From NCBI RefSeq assembly GCF_009914755.1, contig NC_060934.1: DNA of 64,000 nucleotides; one strand, 5' to 3'. Under the pieces are notes generated by a model. The model searched no databases. It was given only the letters and a program-made list of their open reading frames with translations, and had not been told where the DNA came from. Both the position numbers and the translations under genes were made by a program. This DNA is from the human T2T-CHM13v2.0 reference genome, Homo sapiens. Positions 14,487 through 35,345 of this stretch are shown piece after piece; positions within the stretch are counted from its first letter, which is position 1; each line of letters opens with the position of its first letter.

Positions 14487-15151
14487 CTAAACATAAAGTT
14501 AAGAATATGATGAATATATTACAGTAATAATACTTTTAATATCTATTCCTATGCAGATAAGAGACAATAATCATGCTTGCATATACAGAGTATCTCTGGA
14601 AAAACATACAAAAGAAGCAGTACTCTGCAAATATTTTGCCTCAAACAGGATGTTCAGAATTTTAAATACAGTATTAATGATTATTTTCTGGGTGAGAGAG
14701 GCGAGGTCTTAAATAAGGAGAAAGGTAGTGTATCTCTTTTAACCCTTCACTCATCAAAATAAAGTTCAAATGTTTAAATATGAAAAAAAAGCCATGTTTA
14801 TGAAAATATTAAATGAATGCCTGGCATTGCTCTAAATGGCACAAAGTAACTGGAAAGCACCCAGAGACAAAAAGTTTCTAGAAGAAAAAAAAAACTAGGT
14901 TTTCCTAAATACCTCACAGTTAAATGCTTGTGGCAAAAAAAAAAAAAAAAAAAAAGGAATTTTTTTAAGGGCAAAATAAAAAATGGATAGCTCTGAAAAA
15001 GAAAAAATAAGTTATTAAACAAAGATCCCAGATGCTTTTATTAGGCAGTATAAAAATAGAGCAGTCAACAAAACAAATTCCCTTCAATCATCTATGTATT
15101 ATATTAATAAGTTATTTTGTTGCCTACTTCTCTTAATTAAACAAGTATGTC

Positions 15152-15501
<350 letters not shown>

Positions 15502-15616
15502 TTATTATACTAATAGTATACTAAAACAAATAATGATTCATGTTTATTCTCCATGCACTTTACCTAGAGTCAAATCCAAGGCTTTAATTTTTAGTAAGTC
15601 TTTTATATAATGATGA

Positions 15617-15977
<361 letters not shown>

Positions 15978-16240
15978 TGAGTATGTGTTACATTAACAAA
16001 CCGGGAAATTAGCAGACTCTTTGTTTTATATCTACAGTTTTATTTTGTTCCTTAAGAGTTATTAAGAGCAATAAAAATTTCTGCTTACTGCGGAAATTTG
16101 AACACTAGATATTTGATATTACAAAACTTGTGAATTTTTAGGTGATAATGGTATTGTAGTTATTTTGAATTTGTATCTTTAAAAGATACATACTAAAATA
16201 TTTAGTAATGAAACAGAAAAGAAAATGTTTAATGAGGGAA

Positions 16241-16520
16241 CAGGTGCAGTGGCTCACGCCTGTAATCCCAGCACTTTGGGAGGCCGAGGCAGGCGGATCA
16301 CGAGGTCAGGAGATCAAGACCATCCTGGCTAACAAGGTGAAACCCCATCTCTACTAAAAATACAAAAAATTAGCTGGGCGTGGTGGCAGGCGCCCGTAGT
16401 CCCAGCTACTCAGGAGGCTGAGGCAGGAGAATGGCGTGAACCCAGGGGCCGAAATGGCGCCACTGCACTCTAGCCTGAGCAACAGAGCGAGACTCCGTCT
16501 CAGAGAAAAAAAAAAGAAAA
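16241..16520 (+). mobile_element. AluY-like with a small right-arm deletion
   Basis: gaatggcgtgaacccagg runs directly into ggccgaaatggcgcc. Confidence 0.82.
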
Positions 16521-17266
16521 TAATGAGTCTAACAGTGTCACCATCTTTGTATTTACTCATTAGCTCAAGCATGTCCTCCTAGGACTCCATGAACCTATCT
16601 ATTGAAAGTGTCACCATACGTATTGTATACTTTGCTGTTAGTGGTTAAGCTGTCAACAGTCATCAATATCGAAATGCAAAGCCCAGCTTGAGTTTACCAG
16701 TAGTAAAGAAAATGTTAAACACTTTTCAAATGTTTACACCTAAAAGTACTTACTCCAAAAATTCACTAACTCCTTCTATGCAAGCCTGTGTTCAACTGAA
16801 AACTAATACCACATGAAATTCCTTTTCAAAAGGTTCCATAATCAATTAATATTGAGAAAGAATGTATATCATATCACAATGCACATTATCATAAAAAGGT
16901 TCTGAGAAGTTTTGAGGCTAAACAAAAACCTATGTTCAACTTTGTTTAACAAATGTTCCCCAGACTTTGTTCTTTTTGCTTTTGGCCTAGTATCTATTAA
17001 CATCTATAGAACTGGAATTCTGAGTTATAAATACATATACAATAAACAAAGTAATATTTATAGATATATTTTAAAGAAATATTAAAGACAAAATCTGTTG
17101 AAAACTTTCTGCATTTTCAGTATTAAACAGACTAAAGCATTTCACTAAGCAATCTTGTGAAGATTAACTAGGAGCAAAACTACAAGGGATTATTGTATAG
17201 ATGAATCTGTTGTATCTCATAAGATGCACAGAGTAGTGTTATTGTCTCTAATTAAGGCTGCTGAAC

Positions 17267-17723
<457 letters not shown>

Positions 17724-17804
17724 TTACTAATAATTGGAACATATTAAATGTGGCACCCACAGAGAGAGAATGGTATACTGTAATTTTTTTTTTAAAGTTT
17801 TTTA

Positions 17805-18298
<494 letters not shown>

Positions 18299-18437
18299 AC
18301 ATACTGTAATATTTTATGCAGTCATTCTGATTTTTATCACATAGGCTTAAATATAAAATAACTGATTCTCTCCAGAACTGTGTACAAACACATACACACA
18401 CACATTCACATACACACAATTGGCTTTTCCACTTTAC

Positions 18438-18634
18438 CATTTTGATACCCTCCCCACGGCACAGCATTTCGTACTTCTGTCTCTCTGGCAGGTAATCCAC
18501 AGCAACCCCTTTTTTCTTTGGTGTAGTTTTCTGATCAGATTGGTCATCTGAAGCAGACTTATTGACATCTTTTTCTTTAGCCATTATATACTCAAAATAT
18601 TTTAAGTTACCATTAGCTCTCTGATGTTCAGGAT
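18438..18634 (-). CDS. P4HA1: P4HA1 exon 7: DPEHQRANGNLKYFEYIMAKEK...YEMLCRGEGIKM
   Basis: 197 nt; ctaatag|AT and ATG|gtaaag; cumulative CDS is 900 nt. Confidence 0.97.
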
Positions 18635-18712
18635 CTATTAGAAGAGAAACAAAGCATGTCCATGGGTAAGTTCATGCTTGTTCAAGCATCAGAATATAGT
18701 AATATAAAAATA

Positions 18713-18846
18713 GGAGACATTATAATTTATCTTCCAAACCAGGTTGCTGTTGTGAGTGAAAGGAGGCACTAATAAAAATTATTATACCAAAATAATAGGT
18801 ATAAGTTACTACTGCCCCCAAGTAAATCAGGACATATAGTCACCTA
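18713..18846. mobile_element. MER81-like hAT MITE
   Basis: gtgagtgaaaggaggcactaataa...ggacatatagtcacct. Confidence 0.6.
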
Positions 18847-18861
18847 TATAAAAACAGTTCT

Positions 18862-19150
<289 letters not shown>

Positions 19151-20149
19151 GACAGTTCTGGAGACAGAAACAGCTATTTATTTAAAGGTGGCAACTGGTG
19201 CTTTTACTTTGAGAATTTACTAATCAGCTAAAGGAACTAAGTTCAATTTGATGTCAAATGAAGTTTAAAATCTTACTCATCCTACTTATTTTAAGAAATG
19301 AAAAAGATTTTTCCAAGACAGAAAAACAATCACATGAGGAAGACAGGGGATAAGCAATTCAAAAGCAACCTTTACCACAGATACATTATAAATGTAGCCT
19401 ACTTCTAAGGGCTGAGTGAAGTTCAGTCCCAAATTTCTAAGTAAGAAGGAAAAGGGAAACTAAAGATATAATTTTCGAATAAGCTGGAATCCACTAACTG
19501 CCTCAGAATTGCTAGTCATAATTTTGAACTACCTTTTAGTAGAAGAAAAGATGACTACGCTACCCATCTGAGAGGAAAAAAAAAAAAAACTAAAGAACCA
19601 CACACACATAAAAATAAAAAGGCAGAAGAATATATAGAGACTTCACTTGTGACAGTAACTAAGTGTTTAGGATACCTAGGCTTAGATTGTAAAATATTTC
19701 TTGTCCTTCAGAAACTGCTCACAATAAATGTTACGATATCCAATATTAACCTAATTTTGTAAAAGCAAAGGAAAAGTGTGTGCAGGGAAGAGGCGTATAC
19801 ACTAAAAGGAAACAAATGTGTAGGTGTCTTTGAGTGACTGGCTTATAGATGACTCTTCTGTATCTTTCTCTGTTTTAATAAATTTTCTATAATGAGTACA
19901 AAGTATATTTTAAGTCAAGAGGAAATACCACTGGAAAATACTGAAAGGAAAAAAGATTACTTGAACCAATATCTTGATTTATTATTACCCAACTAAGAAA
20001 TAACCCAATTATCCAAAGTTCATTTTCAGCAGATCAATCCTTTTGAGCTGTTTGATTCTAACATGCACATATTTTCCTATTTTGTAAAAATAATTTTTAA
20101 AGTTTTAAAGCTTCGTTATATACCAAAGGCCACCTAAACTTATTATCAT

Positions 20150-20285
20150 ACAAATTCTGGACTCCATCTCCAGAGATTACAATTTAGCAGATCTAGGGTA
20201 GAGATCAAGAAATTTTCATTTCTAACAAGTATCCAAGTAATTCTGATGCACGTGGTGCTTGGGCCATACTTGAAGAAACACTACA
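20150..20285 (+). mobile_element. MER5A-like fragment
   Basis: catttctaacaagtatccaagtaattctgatgc...gaaacact. Confidence 0.65.
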
Positions 20286-20706
20286 TCTCTGTTCAAAGTA
20301 CTACTGATAAAATTCTCCTAAGGTGTATTTTTCCAACATTTGAATATGATAAATATATTTTCAGCCCATCTATTTTAAATCACTTTATTTTAAAATATGA
20401 AATGCAATAAAACATAACACCCTTCAAAGGAAACTGATTAAAATGGCAACATGGTAAACAAACATTTTTGACTTAGTTACGTTAGCTTCAATTTTGAAAT
20501 TCCTGGAGAATATAGAGCAAAGAAACACAACCACTGTTATAGCACTATTAGGTGAGAAAAATCAGCCATCATTTACTTTGAGAATAAAGAAGAGAATAAT
20601 GTATATTTAACAAGTAAAGCTCCTGACTTCTAAAAAGTAAGAAAATACCATATATAAATGAGGGAAAGACAGAAAAATAGAGAATATATATCCCTCAATA
20701 TAACTA

Positions 20707-21000
<294 letters not shown>

Positions 21001-21254
21001 TTAGGAATCTTAACACTACTGTGTATTTATTTAGGACTACACAGCTTTCAAAATGCTGTCTCACTTCTATTTGAAGTTCACAATAATCCTCTGGATGAGC
21101 AAAAATTACCCTAATTTTATAAACAATGGAACAATCTATAATATAATGTAGATAAACAAGAATCACACAGCTGGTATTAGGGGACACAGAACCTAGAGAA
21201 CCCAAGACTGAAATTATCAGCCATCATACCAAAATGAAACATCCATTAAGTTGA

Positions 21255-21618
<364 letters not shown>

Positions 21619-21689
21619 TAACCAACAATCTGGGCAAGAGATGAATGTACAGGAGGAGAGGTAAATACGTCAACTGGATTCTTTCTTTT

Positions 21690-23025
<1,336 letters not shown>

Positions 23026-23734
23026 CAACTCGCTTCTGCAGTGAAACTTCTATTTTAAGAAAAGGAGGTATTTGATAGTTCACATGAGATAAAATATAAA
23101 TAGAAAACACTTCAGAAAATACTTAGTCTCATTCATCACTGAAGAAATTAAAACCACCACAAATAAAAATATTTTAAAATAATGGCCTAGATTTATTGAG
23201 GTCTTACTATCTGCCAAGTATTTGTCACTTATTTAATCCTCAAAGCCATCTTATTACAGATGAGGAACTAAAATAGAGGTTAACTAATATGTCCAAGGTC
23301 ACATGTTTAAAAGTAAGAAATGGAATCTGTTCCATACACCTCCAGAAGTTTGTGCTCCTGATGTTATAACATTAAATGGCAAAACCTAATAGTGGGAGGA
23401 AGCAGCAATGTAAACTGGTAACTTTGCTTTTAAGAAATTCAGCAATAAGAGAAAAGAAGAATTTAAACTCTATGACTTAATACTACTATTTTTCAGTTAT
23501 TTCATTGAGATTTAGTACTAGGGGTTGGGGACCTTCCTGTATAAAAGATTTTTGTGGCTGAAACATATTATAGCTAAAAACTGTAATAAGCTAAAAGCGA
23601 GGAAATAAGGAATATATAGGCAGATATATCAATTTAATGGAATAGCATTTTTCATTAAGAAAGATAATTTCAATGCTATAGAGAAAATTATAATAAATTT
23701 AAAAATAGAAAATATGAACAAATAAGATATCCTA

Positions 23735-24129
<395 letters not shown>

Positions 24130-24164
24130 TCAAAACTCATTAGGCTGGTTAAAATGTAGATTAA

Positions 24165-24461
24165 GGCCGAGTGCGTGGCTCACGCCTGTAATCCCAGCAG
24201 TTTGGGAGGCTGAGGCAGGCGGATCATGAGGTCAGGAGATTGAGACCATCCTGGCTAACACGGTGAAAGCCTGTCTCTACTAAAAATACAAAAACTTCGC
24301 CGGGCGTGGTGGCGGATGCCTGTAGTCCCAGCTACTCAGGAGGCTGTGGCAGGAGAATGGTGTGAACCCAGGAGACAGAGCTTGCAGTGAGCCAAGATCA
24401 CGCCACTGCACTCCAGCCTGAGTGACAGAGCAAGACGCTGTCTCGAAAAAAAAAAAAAAAA
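24165..24461 (+). mobile_element. AluY-like
   Basis: ccatcctggctaacacgg and gagcttgcag; TSD tagattaa. Confidence 0.86.
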
Positions 24462-24592
24462 TAGATTAAACACAACTAAAAAGAAAATAATAAATCCAGC
24501 AGAGAGAGCTGAATAAATTATCATGGCATAAACTACCCAGAATGCAGTAGAGAGAGATAAAAACATGAAATGCTAGTTAAAACACAAAGACA

Positions 24593-24921
<329 letters not shown>

Positions 24922-25198
24922 CTAAAGTCTGTCTACTTGGAATTCTAGAAGAAGAGAACAGAAAGAATATAGATAAGATAGTATTTAAAGAGATAATGGT
25001 AGAAAAATTTCCAAAATTAAAATGCATGGAAGTTCAGATTCAGGAAACAAAGAATTCCAAGCCAAACAAAGCACATTTGAGGGCTTCTTAACAATGTGTT
25101 TCAAGGAGGAAAATTCCAAAAGGAAAGTCTGAGGTACAATAAAGAATGATGAAAAATGAAAATGGTATACATAAATGCCAGTCTAAATTAAAGAAAAG

Positions 25199-25475
25199 GG
25201 CTGGGCACAGTGGCTCACACCGGTAATTTGAGCACTTTGGGAGGCAGACGGACTACTTGAGCTCAGGAGATCGAGACCAGCCTGGGCAACATGGCGAAAG
25301 GCCGTCTTTACTAAAAATACAAAAAATTAGCCGGGCATGGTAGCACACGCCTGTAATTCCAACTACTGGGGAGGCTGAGGCACGAGAATCGCTTGAACCC
25401 GGGAAGCGAGGTTGCAGTGGGCCAAGATTGCACCACTGCACTCCAGTCTGGGTGACAGAGCAAGACTCCGTCCAG

Positions 25476-25505
<30 letters not shown>
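25199..25505 (+). mobile_element. Alu
   Basis: Dimer with a long A tail. Confidence 0.85.
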
Positions 25506-25507
<2 letters not shown>

Positions 25508-25641
25508 TGAATAAAGACAACATTGATAGGGGTGAAACTAAGGGAAAAAAGAAAGGGGATGGTCATGGGACGCGCTCTAGCAGGGTGGCAATCTTTAGAT
25601 GGTTATTAAGAAATGGGATGAAAAAAGTAGAAACTGATGGG

Positions 25642-26015
25642 TGTGAAGACAACAGTGACTCCATCTTGCATGCTAATCTACCATGTTCACTTTTGATTAA
25701 CCTCAGTCCCACGAATGCCTGCTGATTTCTACTTTACTTGCTGTCCTTAGTGTAGGAACATGTACCCACTATAAATCCTGCCTTTAGAGCAAAGCAACCT
25801 TGATGTTATCACAAAAATTACAGGCTATGACACGCATAGCATTCTTGCCTGTTCTGGAGCTTGCCTTTGTCCCTACAGAGCATGTACATCCTTTCCCTAT
25901 GACACTTAAGTCATGGGTCTGGGGACTAACGGTGCAGAGATCTACCTGTCTTGCTACTGCCCAAGACCATGCTTCCATCTCTAAGTTTCCCAATAAATCA
26001 TCCTCTACTGACAAT
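25642..26015 (+). mobile_element. ERV solo LTR (LTR47-like)
   Basis: TG start, gactccatcttgcatgctaatc, AATAAA near the 3' end. Confidence 0.65.
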
Positions 26016-26160
26016 AAGTAAAAAAAACTGTAGAACCTCCACAAAATAGAGTAATAACACGTAGCTATAAAAAGAAATGAGGATTTCTATACATGAAGTA
26101 ATGACTGGGGTATATCAATAAATTAAAGCACCAAAGTACATAACAGTATTTATAGTATGC

Positions 26161-26488
<328 letters not shown>

Positions 26489-26692
26489 TGAGAGAATATA
26501 GGAGTAGATATATATTTGCTTGTATTTTAAAAAACTGGAAATAGTAAAACTAACAAAATGGTCACATAGAAAAAGGAAGGGAATAGGTTGAAAAGTATAA
26601 GAATGAAAGTGAGACTTCTATTAATGTACCTTATTAGTCTAGTTTGGACTGTCAAAGAATTTAAAAGTTTTACATAATTAAAAACAATAAAT

Positions 26693-27345
<653 letters not shown>

Positions 27346-27349
27346 GAAA

Positions 27350-29665
<2,316 letters not shown>

Positions 29666-30498
29666 TTTATAAATAATGGAAAAAGGAGAAAGTCATGTCC
29701 TACAGGGCTCTTTTTATGCTGTTACACAGAAAATCACATAGTTCCCTTTCTGACACTATAAAAAAAAAATGACAGGTATGTGAAAAAACAACAACAAGCC
29801 TACACAAGAAAATATGACTTCTCCAACAACATTTCTCTCAGAATATACAGTTCTGAGACTAAGTCAATATTATACTAGTATAATATTGTATTTGACCAGA
29901 AACTACTGGTCAAAGACAGACTAGCCTACATTTTCTCTGATAAAACACATAAAACTGTATATATTTATTAAGTGTCCGATAACATCACAAAGAAAACTGG
30001 TAGAGAAACAAACACAACAGTGGTTTCTTTAATAAATTTTGATTGAATACACTTCAAAGAGTCACTAAAATGCCCAGAACCGGACTTAGCTATAACCTAT
30101 CCAATGGTGGTCACATATGTTTTTAAAAAGATGCTAACAGAAAAGGCATTTATGAGAAATAAATCAAAAGGAAGTAAAGTTATGGGCACGTTTTGCTAGT
30201 GATCAGACATTTGCAGACTACAGAAAAGCATGCCCTGGTCTGACAATGAGCTGTTGAATTCCAGTATCAAACAGAGTCCAAGCTTGGAGGTGTATGCACT
30301 GGAGGATCACATGACCCAATATAATCAAATATTCAAATCATACAATCATCTCCATTCACTTTTTTTTTCTGGCCCCATTAGTCACTTACAGGCAGTAACT
30401 GATTATCAGTATACTCCTAAAATGAAGATGAAGACCCACGTTTTGATGTTTTTCCCTTAAATAATTCTCTATCCCGCCTTCCACTCTAGGAAAGGATA

Positions 30499-30867
30499 CT
30501 ATCTTAGTGCATTTATGCTCCCATAACAAAATACCAAGGACTGGATAATTTATAAAAAAACAAATTTATTTTCTCACAGTTCTAGAGGCTGGGTAGTCCA
30601 AGATTCAAAGCACCAGCGGGTTCAATTGTCTAGTGAGGGCTGCTCTCCACTTCCAAGATGGCACCTTGTTGCTGCATCCTCCAGAGGGGAAGAATGCTAT
30701 GTCCTCACATGGTGAAGGCTGAAGGGCAAGAGAGCTAGTGGCTGCATAAAGCCTCTTTCATAAGGGCCTTAAATCCCATTCCTGTAGGCCCCACCTCTTA
30801 ATACCATCACACTGGCCATGAAGTTTCACCACCTAAATTTTGGATGGACATAGTCCAACAACAGCAG
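30499..30867 (-). mobile_element. MaLR solo LTR (MLT1A/MST-like)
   Basis: ctcacagttctagaggctggg...ggccccacctcttaataccatcaca. Confidence 0.8.
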
Positions 30868-31571
30868 ATGCTAAGAAACTAACTTCTTAATAGTTTAACA
30901 TGAGTTAGTTCCAGAAACTAAAGATGCATATTAAATTTTGACAATGCTATTATTTTTTCGGTTACGAGAACTAGTAAACTGAGAAGATGAGCTCATAATG
31001 CAGCAATTATAAATGTTTCTCTTAGGGACATGCAAAACACATAAGATGACAGTATGCCATTAATCCACGCAGATAGCACCAATAATTTTTTTTACATGAC
31101 TTGATATTCTGGCAACATTATTTGAACATGCATGGCAGAGATAGTAGAAGATTTTTAGCTATTCTGCTTTGGTAAAGTATTTCTGCTTGTCTTACTTACT
31201 GATCTATTAACAATATTAAAGGCAGACTGCCTGGGAATCTGATTTTAAAATAAATCAAAAGTAATGCAGCATTTGAAAAGGAAGGCTGTTTCCAAAGTAG
31301 AGAACATGAGAAGAAAAAGTAGGCAAGAAAACAAAGAAGAAAATGAAATAAGGAAAGTGGTATGGGCAGAAAAAGACTGTAAAAAGCTTCATATAAAAAG
31401 CAAACCGAGTTTGATGAGAAACAAGAATAAGTTGTAAATTCCTTTGGTTCAAAGGAAGAGGCATGGATGACTGACATGAACATACCAAATTGAATATAAT
31501 AAACCAAATTGAAAGTAAACTAACACTAAAGAGTCTTTTAATTTATTGTCACAATAGAAACTATAATATCA

Positions 31572-31895
31572 GGCCAGGTACAGTGGCTCTTGCCTGTAAC
31601 CCCACCACTTTGGGAGGCTGCGGGGTGCGGGGGGGTGGATTGCTTGAGCTCAGGAGTTCGAAACCAGCCTGGATAACATGGCAAAACCCTGTCTCTACAA
31701 AAAATACAAAAATTAGCTGCTTGTGGTGGCACATGCCTGTAGTCCTGGCTACTTGGGAGACTGAGGTAGGAGGATCACCTTAGCTTGGGAGGTTGAGGCT
31801 GTAGTGAGCTGTGATTGTGCCACTGCACTCCAGCCTGGGTTGATAGCAGAGTGAGATCCTGTCTCAAAAAAATAAAGAAAATAAAGAAAATAAAC
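31572..31895 (+). mobile_element. Alu (J-like)
   Basis: TSD aaactataatatca. Confidence 0.87.
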
Positions 31896-31946
31896 TATAA
31901 TATCATAGGCACTATAGGAAAAACATTATTTAGAAATACATTTTTA

Positions 31947-32240
31947 GCTAGACATAGTGGCTCATGCCTTTAATTCCAGCAGTTCGGGAGGCTGAGGTGG
32001 ACGGAACACTTGAGGTCAAGAGCTGAAAACCAGCCTGGCTGACACGGTGAAACCTCATCTCTACTAAAAATAACAAAATTAGCTGGACATGGTGGTGGGC
32101 ACCTGTAATCCCAGCTACTTGGGAGGCTGAGGCAAGAGAATCGCTTGAACCCAGGAGGCAGAGGTTGCAGTGAGCCGAGCTGCGCCACTGCACTCCAGCC
32201 TGGGTAACAGAGTGAGACTCCATGTCAAAAAAGAAAAAGA
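31947..32240 (+). mobile_element. Alu (S-like)
   Basis: Full dimer. Confidence 0.86.
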
Positions 32241-32256
32241 AATCGATTTTTATGGT

Positions 32257-32304
32257 TCATCCGTTAAACTGAGAGAGACATCATCCGTTAAACTGAGAGA
32301 GACA
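32257..32304. repeat. Perfect 2 x 24-nt tandem duplication (tcatccgttaaactgagagagaca)
   Basis: Read directly from the sequence. Confidence 0.95.
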
Positions 32305-32934
32305 CGTAATCCAAAAATTCTTGCACTTCACAAGAACACTTAATGGATCAAAACTTAATTTGTAAGGGATAATTATGTTTAAAATGCACACACTTAGAAG
32401 TTAATGTCCCACCTCTGAGGCAGTGTGGTACACTGATAGCTGAGTGAGCTCCAGAGATGTCTGGAGAATCTACTGTTTGCTATAGTTACCTTATTAACTT
32501 ACCAAGACAGTGATGCAAGTGACCAGAAGGGTGAACATTCAACTTCCACATGAAGCAAATTGAATTTTGTACATATGACATTTTCTATTACTGACCCCCA
32601 CCCCCTAAAAAAAATCACAGCTTAAAAAAAAGCATGATATCTTTGGCAGATATGGATCTATTCAACAAATCAGGGTTGGGAACAAACAATCTGAAAACTG
32701 AAGGAAGTCCTTAAGAACTATAAGGACAACACTGATGTCAAAATGCATGTAACCTATCAGATTTTTCATTAAAATACCAACAAAGCATTTCAAAAGATAG
32801 GCCCAAAGAGGCAAAAGAAACAGATGAAACTAATCAAGGAGTGATGTGGCATCAATATAAATTCACTAAGCATTTCTCTGACTTTTTTGTTTGAAGAAAA
32901 TTTAAAATACATGCATCCTTCCTCCCTCACCCCC

Positions 32935-33520
32935 ACCATTTCACACCCAGATTGCTAAAATTTTTAAAGTCTGACAAAACCAAGAGCTGGCAAGGATATG
33001 AAGAAATGGGAACTCTCATACAATGCTGGTGACAGTATAAATACATGCTCTGGAAAGCAATCTGGCCACATCTGGTAAGTATGATGAAAAACCAAATACC
33101 CTATGATTTCTTATACCCTAAGAGAAAGCCTTGCACGTGAGTACATGGCCACAAAAAGAAATCAACAAAGATGTATCAAACTTCATTTGATAAAGCAAAA
33201 AATTGGACAAAATCTAAATGTACATCCATCCACAGAAGAATGAATAAATAATGTTATACAATACCACATTAGCAGTTAGATGAATCTGATCAACACAGAT
33301 AAATTTACTGAAAATATTAGGTTAAAAAAAGGTTGTAGAAAGATACATAGAGTATGATGTACTATTGACATAAAATTTAAAAACACAATACAATGGAAAA
33401 TATATATGATAAAGTATAAAAAGATGACAGGATACGCACCAAGTTCAGAATAGTCATTACCTCTAAACAAGGGAAGGTGCACAAGAAGCCTTCGAACACA
33501 TTTGTGATATTTGACTATTA
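32935..33520 (+). mobile_element. L1ME-like 3' fragment
   Basis: ggcaaggatatgaagaaatgggaactctcatacaatgctggtg. Confidence 0.65.
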
Positions 33521-33899
33521 ACAACAGAAAATAATCTGGGTTGGGGGAGCCTAAAAACTCTTATGCTAGTATTCATGCTATTATTTTTACCACTTATAGG
33601 GTATAATGTGATTAGGAAATTTCAGTTATTCTACTTATAAGGAATTTGCCTGAAAGAAAAGTCAATAAGAACTAGCCCAAAACTGTGATAAAAGAGGAAA
33701 AAAGTCAACAAGGAGATAAAAAGCACCTGAGAAAGAATGAATATTGCCCCTAAGACTAAACACAGTGAAATCAGGGTTAAATAATATTCAGGACCATTTT
33801 GATGGGAATATAATCATTTTTTAAACAAAACACATATAGTAATCTAAATAACATTTATTACCCACCACCACACATTTGGGAGGCTGAGGTGGGATGTTT

Positions 33900-34553
33900 T
33901 CTTTTTTGCTTTTTGTTTTTTGAGATAGGGGTCTCACTCTGTTGCCCAGGTTGGAGTGTAGTGGCGTGATCACAGCTCACTGCAGCCTTGAACTCCTGGG
34001 CTCAAGTGATCCTCCCGTGATATGGTTTGGCTCTGTGTTCACACCCAAATATCACCTTGAATTTTAATAATCCCCACCTATCAAGGGCGGGACAAGGTGG
34101 AGATAACTGCATCATGGGGGCAGTTCCCCCATGCTGTTCTTGTGACAGTGAGTTCTCATGAGATAGGATGGTTTTATAAGCACCTGGCATTTCCCCTGCT
34201 GGCCCTCATTCTCTTTCCTGCCACCCTGTGAAGAAGTGCCTTCTGCCATGATTGTGAGTTTCCTAAGACATCCGTAGCCATGCGGAACTGTGAGTCAATT
34301 AAACCTCTTTTTTAAAATAACTTACCCAGTCTTGGGTATTTCTTCATAGCAGTGTGAATACATCCCACCTCAGCCTCCCAAATAGCTAGGACTACAAGCA
34401 AGCACCACAACACCCAGCTAAGTTTTCATTTTTTTGTAGAGTCAGGGAATTGCTATGCTGCCCAGGCTGGTCTTGAACTCCTACCCTCAAGGGATCCTTT
34501 CCACCTTAGCCTCCCAAAGTGCTGGGATTACAGGCATGAGCCACCATGCCAGC
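33900..34553 (-). mobile_element. AluJ-like element split by a THE1 LTR
   Basis: Alu sequence stops at gatcctcccg and resumes at tcccacctcagcc. Confidence 0.85.
34018..34362 (+). mobile_element. THE1 (MaLR) solo LTR
   Basis: TGATATGGTTTGGCT...gaactgtgagtcaattaaacctc...AATACA; 5-bp TSD tcccg/tccca. Confidence 0.9.
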
Positions 34554-34559
34554 CCTATT

Positions 34560-35345
34560 TTGTTAAATGGAATCTATCCAGTTGATGAAGCCAGAAATTC
34601 CTATCAAGTACATCATCAAATTCTACTATTCTACTCTAATAAGTAGCTTGATAATCTATCCACTACCACCTCTTACTTAAATATTTGCAACAGCCTCCTC
34701 CCTGGTTCTTCGTCCCTTGGCCCCAACCCAATCTCCATTCGGCAGCCAGAATGGTTTTCTAAAAGGAAAAATCATAAATTTCCCTTACAAACTTTTTAAT
34801 AGCTCCGCACTGCACTCAGGACAGTTCAATCTCTTCCACATGGCTTACAAAGCTCTCCAAGAGATGGCTTCTGCTTACCTCTCTAGTCTCAGCTCTCACT
34901 ACTCTCACAAAGCCAAACCCCCATATCCACCTGGTGCGTTCACCTCTTGAACTCTACATTAAGCCATACAAACTACATGTTAGTTATCTGAATATGATAT
35001 GCTCTCTCCTTTTGACCTTTCTACATGTTCCCTCTGTCTGAAACACTTTTCCCACACCCACTCCTGTCTCCCTCTCCCCCATTTTTCTGGCTAATTCCTG
35101 GTCCATTAGATCTCAATTTTTTTAATGTGTATCTTCCAGGAATTCTTCCTTTACATCCCTTATGAGGTCCAGCAATAGGTTTCTTTTGATGTGCTCATAT
35201 GGTATCCTGAATTTCTCCCATCCAAGCACTCATCTTACTATACTGTAAGAATGTTAAATACCCTAATGGCGAGGGTAGTGTATGTCTTGTTCATTATGTG
35301 TCCCCAGTACCTAACATAATAGCTGGCACATATTAAGTATTTAAT
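34560..35345 (+). mobile_element. L2 3' fragment
   Basis: Ends ccccagtacctaacataatagctggcacatattaagtatttaa. Confidence 0.6.
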
